This document shows, piece by piece, positions 29,999 through 37,716 of a stretch of 64,000 nucleotides of DNA. Numbering within the stretch: position 1 is the first letter of the stretch; the number at the start of each line of letters is the position of its first letter. This DNA is from Deltaproteobacteria bacterium. GTDB lineage: Bacteria > Desulfobacterota > Syntrophia > Syntrophales > UBA2192. The DNA lies in contig JAAYEC010000015.1 of NCBI GenBank assembly GCA_012728915.1, positions 23,082-87,081 of the forward strand. Direction: 5' to 3'. The position numbers were made by a program, and so were the translations under genes. Below the pieces are notes generated by a model. That model worked only from the letters and a program-made list of their open reading frames with translations. It ran no database searches and had not been told where the DNA came from.

Positions 29999-30448
29999 AT
30001 GTACGCATTCGCCGACAAGCTGCTGGAAGTGACGGAGCGACATGCCGACAAGATTGCAGCCCAGTGGTGCAAGTCCGTCCGGTCGAACCCGCACACACAG
30101 TGGTTCCATGACCGGAAACCGGATGACTGCACCAACTTTGCCCTGGATTTCTACAGGAACTTCCGGGTCGTCTATTTCGACGAGAAGCCTTACAAGAAGC
30201 TGGAGAAATACTTCGCCGACTACGCCGAGGAGAGCTTCCGCAAGGGGGTGCCGATGGAAGAGGCGATCTACGCCCTGATCATGATGAGACGTCACATCTG
30301 GCTCTACGCGGATTTCCAGGCCCTCTTTGTAACCGCCATCGACGCCCACCGGGCCGTGGAGACGCTCAACCGCACGATTCGCGTCTTCGACCAGGGGATC
30401 TTCGTCATCCTCAAGCGCTACGGGGAGATGCGGAAGGGAAAGGCGTAA
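29999..30448 (+). CDS. Hypothetical protein, possibly an RsbR-N-terminal-like (non-heme globin-like sensor) domain
   Basis: The protein begins MYAFADKLLEVTERHADKIAAQWCKSVRSNPHT and contains AIYALIMMRRHIW. An AAAGGAG RBS is present. The function call is weak. Confidence 0.6.
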   Translation: MYAFADKLLEVTERHADKIAAQWCKSVRSNPHTQWFHDRKPDDCTNFALDFYRNFRVVYFDEKPYKKLEKYFADYAEESFRKGVPMEEAIYALIMMRRHIWLYADFQALFVTAIDAHRAVETLNRTIRVFDQGIFVILKRYGEMRKGKA

Positions 30449-30638
30449 CCGGCATCGGCAGGAAAGGTTGAAAAGCCCCGCGTGCGAGCGCCCGCGGGGC
30501 TTTTCCCGTCACCATGCCCGCTCCCTGCAGCAGGCTGCGGGGTCGCGTGCGATCGTTTGCACGGGGAAAATCCTGGTCATCCGGCTCCGGGCAGCCTCTC
30601 GTTGAAATCATTTCTCTCATGGCTCCCCCGCCTTTCCA

Positions 30639-32213
30639 TCACTTGGCCGGTGCTGCCGGCGGCGGCTGAAGGAGAATCTGGTGCTCCTCCTCGCGTGACT
30701 CTCCCGCGCTTGTCACATAAATGGCCGGCTGGCCGACGACGGGACAGTGCTTCTCGCAGGCCCCGCAGCCGATACAGGCCGCGAGGTCCACGTGAGGCTG
30801 CTGCAGGCGGATCGGCCGGCCATTGCGGTCCTTCACCGCGACCTGCTCGAGCCAGATCGCTTTTTTCGGCGTCGGGCAGATCTCTTCGCAGACGATGCAC
30901 GGGGTGGCGTGGGCGAAGGGCAGGCATCGGCCCCTGTCGATGGCGGCGTGTCCCAGCCTCTCCTGCTGCTTCCGCTCCAGGGGCAGCTTCCGGATGGCCC
31001 CCGTGGGGCAGACCTGGCCGCAGAGGGTGCAGCCGAACTCGCAGTACCCGATCCGCGGCACGAGCACCGGCGTCCAGAGCCCCTCCAGGCCGGCTTCCAG
31101 CAGCGTGGGCTGGAGCCCTCCCGTGATGCATACTTTCATGCATTCGCCGCATCGCACGCAGCTCTGGAGAAACGTCGTTTCCGCAAGCGCGCCGGGCGGC
31201 CGGATGAGCTTCGCGTCCGACATCCGCGGCCGGGCAAGCGGCGAGATGCGCAACAGCGGAACGGCGAAGGCCCCCGCGAAAATCGAGGCCATCACCTTTC
31301 TTCGCCCCAGGTCGAGGCCCCCCCGGGGGCGCCCCTTCATCAGGCCGAAGCTCACGGCGTTCTTCGGGCACGCATCGTCGCAGTTGCTGCACAGGAGGCA
31401 CTCCGAGGCCCGCCACCTGTCCTTGCCGGCGGGCACGGCGTCGGCCTGACACACCCCGACGCAGGCCCCGCAGGAGTCGCACTCCTCGCTCACGCTCCGC
31501 CGCAGCACGGAGCGGCGCGAAAGAAGCCCCAGCAACGCCCCCAGCGGGCAGAGGAACCGGCACCAGAAGCGCCGCTGCACGAGGTTTAGCGCCAGCAGGC
31601 CGAGGAAGGTGAGGCCGATGAAAACCCCCTGTGCAGACCAGGGCTGCCGGAACGGGAGAACCGTCTTCTGGAGCAGGCCGTAGACGGCCTCCGAGGCGGG
31701 GGTGACGAGTGGAAGGTTGAGCCGGCAGATCGCGTCGAAGAGGGACGTGGCCGCAATGCTCGCGGCCGGGTAGAGGGCCAGCGAGAGGGACCGGATGGTG
31801 AGCGAGATGGGGTCCAGGATACCGGCCAGCTGCACGCCGAAGAGCGACATGCCGATAAGGCCCAGGAGGACGTAATACTTCACCCTGAACCCCCCGGCGC
31901 CGGGGGGATTGGGTCGCGTCGTCCGGAGGCCCCCGGCAAGATTGTTGAGAGTGCCCAGGGGGCAGACCCAGCCGCAGAAGATCCGCCCCAGCAGGGCGGT
32001 GAGGCCCGCGAGGACGAGTGCCGGCCAGAAGAGCCCCTCGGCGCGACGGGAGGCAAGGGAGGTCGTCAGGGCAATCAGGGGATCGACGTCGAGAAAAAGC
32101 CTGACGGGCCACCCCAGCTCGTCGGTCCCCTTCGACTCCGTCTGAATGAAGAGAAAGAGGAACAGGGCCAGGAACAGTCCCTGGACGATCCGTCGCGTGC
32201 GCGCCAGTGTCAC
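30639..32213 (-). CDS. Membrane-bound polyferredoxin (NapH/MauN-like 4Fe-4S binding protein)
   Basis: TM segments carry repeated CGWVCPLGT and RFWCRFLCPLGA motifs. Several C-terminal CxxCxxCxxxCP clusters follow. GTG 32213 lies 2 nt after the upstream DUF362 stop codon. Confidence 0.8.
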   Translation of the reverse strand: MTLARTRRIVQGLFLALFLFLFIQTESKGTDELGWPVRLFLDVDPLIALTTSLASRRAEGLFWPALVLAGLTALLGRIFCGWVCPLGTLNNLAGGLRTTRPNPPGAGGFRVKYYVLLGLIGMSLFGVQLAGILDPISLTIRSLSLALYPAASIAATSLFDAICRLNLPLVTPASEAVYGLLQKTVLPFRQPWSAQGVFIGLTFLGLLALNLVQRRFWCRFLCPLGALLGLLSRRSVLRRSVSEECDSCGACVGVCQADAVPAGKDRWRASECLLCSNCDDACPKNAVSFGLMKGRPRGGLDLGRRKVMASIFAGAFAVPLLRISPLARPRMSDAKLIRPPGALAETTFLQSCVRCGECMKVCITGGLQPTLLEAGLEGLWTPVLVPRIGYCEFGCTLCGQVCPTGAIRKLPLERKQQERLGHAAIDRGRCLPFAHATPCIVCEEICPTPKKAIWLEQVAVKDRNGRPIRLQQPHVDLAACIGCGACEKHCPVVGQPAIYVTSAGESREEEHQILLQPPPAAPAK

Positions 32214-32214
32214 C

Positions 32215-33116
32215 TCAGACACCGATCTTCTTGATCTGCAGTTTCGAGAGGTCCATGACCCCGAGGCCCGCATTCGCGGCGAGTCTCACGCTGCCGATGT
32301 CGCTGCCCTTCATCCCGAACAGCGTCGCCCCGAAGGAATCGACAGCCACCTGGTCCGTGCCCGCGACAACGGTGTCGAGACGCTTCACGTCGCTGAGATC
32401 GCCCCCGGTGGGGCCGTTGGCCGTGAGGATGCGAACGGCGTCCAGCACGGTGAGCGCCGGCCTGATGACCCGGACGAGATCGACAAGGCTCTCATCGAGG
32501 CGCTGATGGACGCGGAACCGCGCGCCCCCCATGATGCCCATCCAGTTCTTCATGCCCAGGGTAAGCCCCGACAGGCCGTGGGTCTTGGCGACGGGGACGT
32601 TGATGACCTTGTCCGCCTCGAAGATCTCGCCGTAGAGGGGCCAGGACTTCAGGGCCTTTCCATCGAGTCTGACGTCCCGGTACTTGCGGCCGTCCATGTA
32701 GACCATCTCGGCCCCCGCCGTGGCTGCCGCATCGGCGATCCCGCTCTGCCTGTAGCAGCGCCTCGCGTCGTTCACGGGATTGTCGAGGATCCGGACCTTT
32801 TTCGCCCCCGCCTCGTAGCACAGCTTCGCCAGGGCGCCGACGACATCGGGATTGGTGGTGGCGGCGTACTGCGGGGCGCGGTCCCACCCGATGTTGGGCT
32901 TCAGGACGACGACGTCGCCCGCGGCAACGAAACGTTTCATCCCCCCAGGGCATCCAGGGCCGCACGCACAATTTGCGGGGTCGAGGTCCCCCGGACCACG
33001 ACCAGATCGGGCCCCCGGGCCGCGTGCGCCATGCGGCCCAGCGCGGCAAGGCCGCAGGGCAGCGCCAGCCCCGCCGAGGAAAGGGCCGTCCACTTCAGGA
33101 AATCGCGTCTCTTCAT
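32215..33116 (-). CDS. Tat-exported DUF362 domain protein; the reading frame is broken by a 1-nt shift at a G6 run (32941-32946)
   Basis: The Tat signal is MKRRDFLKWTALSSAGLALPCGLAALGRMAHA. The N-terminal frame ends ...AALDALGG-TGA at 32937-32939. The family continues in the next frame as MKRFVAAGDVVVLKPNIGW...VPVAKTHGLSGLTLGMKNWMG. Confidence 0.7.
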
Positions 33117-33286
33117 CCGGCACCTCAACGGATTGCTGCCTGGGTAAATACCACAACCGGCAGGCCGGGACAAACCGAAAGGGAAGCCGCGTTCTGTCCG
33201 GGCCGGACACCTGCGGGGGAATTTTTATGTGGATTTTGGCCTCCCGAGCCATTACTATACTATCACACTGATAAGGAGGTCCGTCC

Positions 33287-33595
33287 ATGAAATCAAGATC
33301 CCTCGGCCTCGTGGCGATCCTGGCGGCGCTTGCCGTCCTGATCGTCGCCTCGCCCGTCCTGGCAAAGGAACGGGTCGTCCAGCTTTCCCTGCCGGACTGC
33401 TCCTGACCCTTCACCCGCGAGAGGGTCAGTTGGACCGTCGAAAACATCGCAAAGGCGTCCGTCGTGGATATCAACGAGTACACCCACATAGCGGTTGTAA
33501 AGTTCGACGACGAGAAAACGACCGTCGAAAAGATCGTCGATTCCCTCGAGAAGGCGGGGTTCCCCCTGTCGGGACCGCCCAAATTCCTGAAGTAG
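33287..33595 (+). CDS. Exported HMA-fold (heavy-metal-associated-like) protein with in-frame TGA (33404-33406) in a C-S-U motif; candidate selenoprotein, absent from the ORF track
   Basis: An AAGGAGG RBS is present. The signal peptide is MKSRSLGLVAILAALAVLIVASPVLA. The mature part reads KERVVQLSLPDCS-[TGA]-PFTRERVSWTVENIAKASVVDINEYTHIAVVKFDDEKTTVEKIVDSLEKAGFPL. This gives a beta-alpha-beta-beta-alpha-beta pattern with the motif at the CxxC position. Confidence 0.6.
33403..33436 (+). promoter_or_regulatory. Hairpins at and after the UGA of the HMA-like gene (candidate SECIS)
   Basis: CUGACCCU-11 nt-AGGGUCAG is a perfect 8-bp stem that includes the UGA. The alternative GGUC-AGUUG-GACC places its loop 24-28 nt after the UGA. 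Confidence 0.35.
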
Positions 33596-33609
33596 TGGAC
33601 CGGTTAGCC

Positions 33610-33646
33610 GGGGCGGCGGCCCCGAGAGGGTCACCGCCCCTTTTTT
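33610..33646 (+). terminator. Intrinsic terminator after the HMA-like gene
   Basis: GGGGCGG-17 nt-CCGCCCC, followed by TTTTTT. Confidence 0.7.
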
Positions 33647-33713
33647 CGCGCAAGCAGTCGCCCTTCGGCCTGCCTTTTCTGCCCTGCCCGCTGGACCCCG
33701 GAGGCGGAATTCC

Positions 33714-33956
33714 ATGGAAAGTTCCACGAGAGAAAGATACCTCCGCACCCTGATGCGATACCAGGAACAACACGGCCGGGAGAAGGCCTCGGCCATCCAG
33801 GAAAGATTCTGGAAAGACCGGGAGCGGGTCGTCTCGGAAAGCGCGGAGGAAATCGACTGGTTTCCTTCCTGGAAAAAGAACCAGGTCCTCGAGTCCCTGC
33901 TCGAGAAAACTTACAGGGATCTCATCCGTGAAATGGAGCTCGAGGGCCTGCCCTGA
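33714..33956 (+). CDS. Hypothetical protein (80 aa)
   Basis: The ORF begins with ATG and has plausible codon usage. No family was recognised. Confidence 0.45.
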   Translation: MESSTRERYLRTLMRYQEQHGREKASAIQERFWKDRERVVSESAEEIDWFPSWKKNQVLESLLEKTYRDLIREMELEGLP

Positions 33957-34070
33957 ACGCCCCCGTTGCGTAAAGGCGCGATGGCGATCCGGATGACGAT
34001 CCCCTTCAACGCTCGACGGCCGACGGGGGGCCGGCCGTTCACCGGCCCTCCGGGGCCGCGGGAGGTCATC

Positions 34071-35696
34071 ATGGAGTTCAACGTGCTCATCGGCGGGGAG
34101 GCCGGCCAGGGGATGTTCTCCGTGGAGCTGCAGCTCTCGGAGATGCTCTCCCGGCTGGGGTATCCCTTTTTCGCGACAAAGAACTACATGTCGCGGATCC
34201 GCGGCGGCCACAATTTCCACATGATCCGGATCGCCGAGAAGCCTGTCCATGCCCTCAGCGGGAAACCCTGGGACCTGATCGTCGCCATGGACCGGGCCGA
34301 GACGGAGCGCCGGCACAAGCCCTTCCTCCGGGAGGGAGGCCCCTTCATCGGGCCGGAACGCGTCGGACAGATCGAAAGGGAAGCGAAGGGGGAACTGCAG
34401 GACGTAACGGCAACGAGCGTCATCCTGACCGGCCTGATCCTCGCCTTCATCGGGGCGGATGACGCCGCGGCGCAGTCGGCGGCGCCCGACGGGACGGCGC
34501 GGAAGGCGCTGGCGATGGGATGGGACTTCGCCGCCCGCTGGGGGCTGGCGGCCCGAAGGTCCTTCGCCCCGCAGATCGGCGAGCACTGCAAGCTCGACGG
34601 GAACCAGGCCCTCGCCCTCGGGGCTCTACTGGGAGGATGCCAGTTCGTGGCCGGCTACCCCATGACGCCCGCCACTTCGATCCTGCACTACTTCTCCTCC
34701 GTCGCGGAAGAGCTGCCCGTTCATTTCGAACAGGCCGAGGACGAGATCGCCGCCCTGAACATGGCCCTGGGGGCCTCCTATGCGGGGCTCCGGTCCATGG
34801 TGGCCACCTCGGGCGGGGGCTTTGCCCTCATGACCGAAGCCGTCTCGCTGGCCGGGATGACGGAGACACCGGTCGTCATCATCGTCGCCCAGCGGCCCGG
34901 ACCGGCCACGGGACTTCCTACGAGGACCGAGCAGGGCGACCTGAACTTCGTCCTGCACGCCGGGCACGGCGAATTCCCCCGGGTCCTCTTCGCACCGGGA
35001 TCCATTGAAGAGGCCATATCACTGGCGCGCAGGGCCTTCGATGTTGCCGACCGCTGGCAGATCCCCGTGTTCATCCTGACGGACCAGTACCTGGCCGACT
35101 CCCTGCAGATCATGGAAGGACGCGTACCCACCAAGATGCTCAAACGGGACTTGCCCGTTGCCGGGGCGGACTACCGGCGCTACGAGATCACGGACTCCGG
35201 GGTCTCGCCCCTGACCTATCCCGGGCTCTCCGAGGCCCGCGTCGAAGTGGATTCCGACGAGCACACGGAAGACGGCAAGATCACGGAAGATCGCGGGATG
35301 AGGGTCCGGATGGTCGACAAGAGACTCCGGAAATTCGAGGGTCTCCGGAAGGAAGCGGTCATGCCGGCCCGTTTCGGAGACCGGAGGGCACCCACCGTCC
35401 TCGTCTCGTGGGGATCGAACCGACTGATCGTGAACGAGGCCGTCGAGGTGCTTCGGGCCGAAGGGATTTCCGTGTCATCGGCCCACTTCGGCCAGGTCTA
35501 CCCGCTCACCCCGCAGATGGCGCGTGGTCTTGCGCGCAAGCGGCTGATCTGCATCGAAAACAATGCCACGGGGCAGTTCGAACAGTTGCTCCGCCACGAA
35601 TTGGGCCTGAAGGCGACCCATCGGATCCTGAAATACGACGGCGAATGCTTCACCGTGGGAGAACTGGTGGAACGGGTCAAGGGAATTCTGGGTTGA
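34071..35696 (+). CDS. korA: 2-oxoacid:ferredoxin oxidoreductase, fused gamma-alpha subunit
   Basis: The gamma domain shows IGGEAGQGMFSVELQLSEML...RIRGGHNFHMIRI. The alpha domain shows GNQALALGALLGGCQFVAGYPMTPATSI. A GGGAGG RBS is present. Confidence 0.85.
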   Translation: MEFNVLIGGEAGQGMFSVELQLSEMLSRLGYPFFATKNYMSRIRGGHNFHMIRIAEKPVHALSGKPWDLIVAMDRAETERRHKPFLREGGPFIGPERVGQIEREAKGELQDVTATSVILTGLILAFIGADDAAAQSAAPDGTARKALAMGWDFAARWGLAARRSFAPQIGEHCKLDGNQALALGALLGGCQFVAGYPMTPATSILHYFSSVAEELPVHFEQAEDEIAALNMALGASYAGLRSMVATSGGGFALMTEAVSLAGMTETPVVIIVAQRPGPATGLPTRTEQGDLNFVLHAGHGEFPRVLFAPGSIEEAISLARRAFDVADRWQIPVFILTDQYLADSLQIMEGRVPTKMLKRDLPVAGADYRRYEITDSGVSPLTYPGLSEARVEVDSDEHTEDGKITEDRGMRVRMVDKRLRKFEGLRKEAVMPARFGDRRAPTVLVSWGSNRLIVNEAVEVLRAEGISVSSAHFGQVYPLTPQMARGLARKRLICIENNATGQFEQLLRHELGLKATHRILKYDGECFTVGELVERVKGILG

Positions 35697-35719
35697 CGGA
35701 AACGAAAGGGCAGAACTCC

Positions 35720-36541
35720 ATGGATAGACAGGATATCGCCTGGTGCCCGGGCTGCGGGGATTTCCCGATCCGGGCAACCCTTGAAAAGGTCCTCGGAGGG
35801 CTTCCGCTCCCGGCAAAGGACATTGTGCTCACGTCGGGCATCGGCCAGGCAGCCAAGATGCCCCATTACCTCTCGTACAGCTATTTCAACGGCCTCCACG
35901 GCCGGTCCCTGCCTCTTGCCGTGGGCATCAAGCTCGCCCGTCCCGATCTGACGGTCATCGCCGTTTCGGGAGACGGATGTCATTACGGCGAAGGCGGCAA
36001 CCACTTCATCCATACGATCCGGCGAAGGCTGGATATCACGATCCTCGTCTGCGACAACAAGGTGTATGGACTGACGAAAGGCCAGAGTTCCCCGACGACG
36101 GATCTCGGGAGGAAAAATGCTCTCGACCCCGAGGGCAACCGCAATGCCCCGTTCAGCCCGCTGGCGGTGGCCCTCGCGGCAGGCGCCCCCTTCGTGGCCC
36201 GGACCTTCGCGGGGGATCCCGAGCACATGGGAAAGATCATGCGCGAGGCGATCCTCTTCAGGGGCCCTTCCGTTGTCGACATCCTTCAGCCCTGCGTGAG
36301 TTTCAACAAGGTGAATTCCTTTGCCTGGTACCGGGAGCGGGTCTATCGGCTGGATGACTCCCTGAAGGACCGGTACGAGGCCATCCGCCTGTCGGATGAC
36401 TGGGGGGAGCGCATCCCCATCGGCGTCTTCTGGCGGGACGATCGTTTCCCGTGCAGGGAGGGCAAACAGATGTTCCGCAAGCCCGTTACGGAATCGGCTG
36501 TGGCGCGGCTTCTGAACACGAAGTGCATCATGATGAGGTAG
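35720..36541 (+). CDS. korB: 2-oxoacid:ferredoxin oxidoreductase beta (ThDP-binding) subunit
   Basis: WCPGCGDF, GIGQAAKMPHY, SGDGCHYGEGGNHFIH and CDNKVYGLTKGQ are present. Confidence 0.88.
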   Translation: MDRQDIAWCPGCGDFPIRATLEKVLGGLPLPAKDIVLTSGIGQAAKMPHYLSYSYFNGLHGRSLPLAVGIKLARPDLTVIAVSGDGCHYGEGGNHFIHTIRRRLDITILVCDNKVYGLTKGQSSPTTDLGRKNALDPEGNRNAPFSPLAVALAAGAPFVARTFAGDPEHMGKIMREAILFRGPSVVDILQPCVSFNKVNSFAWYRERVYRLDDSLKDRYEAIRLSDDWGERIPIGVFWRDDRFPCREGKQMFRKPVTESAVARLLNTKCIMMR

Positions 36542-37095
36542 CGGGCTTTCCGGGGAGGAGGCGGGGACAGTCAATTTTCCGGCGACAGGGTCGACCGAGG
36601 TGACAGAATTCCGTCACAAGCCGCCGATCACGCGCCAGTAGTTTTCATCTTTTTCGGGTTCGATCTTTTTCTTTCCTTTCTTATTCATGGACAAAAAAAG
36701 AATGAGAAAAACAATCAGAAAGGGCTGCTTCCCGGAGCTTTTCATCAGCCTGCGGACCAGCGATTTTTCCAAACCCTCGAGAATTCCCACGAGTCCTGCC
36801 GCCGTCGTCTCTGAATTTGGTCACGCCGGGCGTGACGATATTTATATCCGATAAAAAAGAAAGCTTGTAAAGACAAAAAAGGGATAAAAAAAGATTGGGT
36901 GCCAGGTGAAGGAGGGGAAACTGGCACCCAGAGAGAGATAAATGGGGTTTCAGGTCGTCAGATTTGCCTGATATATATGCAACAACCATGACAGATACAT
37001 GCGTTCGCAAAAAAATATTTTCGACTATGTGCAAGTCCTGACGAAAGCGCGTGGCCGGGCCCCCTCAAGCGGTGAGGGCGGGAGACGAGGCGGGC

Positions 37096-37593
37096 TCAGG
37101 CGGCGGGCACTGCGGGAGATGCACGGCGGGCCGCAATGAACGGAAGAACCATAAGGCCTGAAATATACTTAATAATTGCTTGGCCAAGGATGGCGGGCCA
37201 GACGGGGCCGAAGACCAGCAGAACAAAAATCAGGGAGTCAACCGGGCAGGAAACGAGGTTGGACCAGACAACCCGGGAGAGGAAAGACCGCTTCAGTACC
37301 CGGAAGAGGAGCCAGTCGAGGCTCTCCGAGACGAAGAAGGCGGCAGTGGAGGCCAGGGCCACGTCGAGGTTGAAGAAAAGCGTGATCAGTGAAGCGGCGA
37401 TCATCCAGCCCCATGTGGCCCAGTCCCCCCAGTAGCGCTGGACAAAGTCGCGAAATGAAAAGGTCAATCCGATCCAGACGACCCCGGCCGGGAAAGAAAG
37501 GCCGGCAACGGTAATAATGCCGAACCAGATGACGAATGCATTGCCCAGGAGGATGCTCAGGAGGTAGAGCAGCCCCCATGTCCATTTTTTCAT
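37096..37593 (-). CDS. VUT-family (DUF165, YhhQ-like queuosine-precursor transporter family) membrane protein, short form
   Basis: The protein has 5-6 TM segments. The pattern is FPAGVVWIGLTFSFRDFVQRYWG...ALASTAAFFVSESLDWLLF...SCPVDSLIF. Confidence 0.55.
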   Translation of the reverse strand: MKKWTWGLLYLLSILLGNAFVIWFGIITVAGLSFPAGVVWIGLTFSFRDFVQRYWGDWATWGWMIAASLITLFFNLDVALASTAAFFVSESLDWLLFRVLKRSFLSRVVWSNLVSCPVDSLIFVLLVFGPVWPAILGQAIIKYISGLMVLPFIAARRASPAVPAA

Positions 37594-37662
37594 GACGCCC
37601 GTCCTACATTTTTTGTAGGGTCATCTACAAAGGGAGGCTTTTTATTTCACAGAACCTCCTCC
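37594..37662 (-). promoter_or_regulatory. Structured 5' leader of the VUT-family gene with alternative pairings involving the SD region
   Basis: On the mRNA strand the sequence is GGAGG-UUCUGUGAAAUAAAAAG-CCUCC, then UUGUAG-AUGACC-CUACAA-AAAA-UGUAGGAC. The CUACA segment can pair with either UGUAG copy, and the second copy overlaps the AGGA SD. Confidence 0.3.
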
Positions 37663-37716
37663 GATTCAAGATTTTTTGCCTCAATCGAGGCATGAGGCAG
37701 ACAGGATTCAGGCAGA

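Noticed and set aside
32937-32939. The TGA in the Tat-DUF362 gene, considered as a fifth selenocysteine site.
   Set aside because: In-frame continuation after the TGA is nonsense (NVSLPRATSSS-stop). Family sequence resumes in the adjacent frame, and a G6 homopolymer sits at the junction. This is a frameshift, not recoding of UGA.
36897-36930. TGGCAC motifs on both strands of the 9-bp hairpin, considered as sigma-54 promoters.
   Set aside because: No GC dinucleotide lies at the required -12 distance on either strand.
37594-37662. Assignment of the VUT-gene leader to the preQ1-I riboswitch class.
   Set aside because: The candidate P1 loops are 6 nt or 17 nt, versus the ~10-12 nt I recall. The A-rich tail with CUA-GG does not follow P1 directly. 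The region is kept only as an unclassified structured leader.
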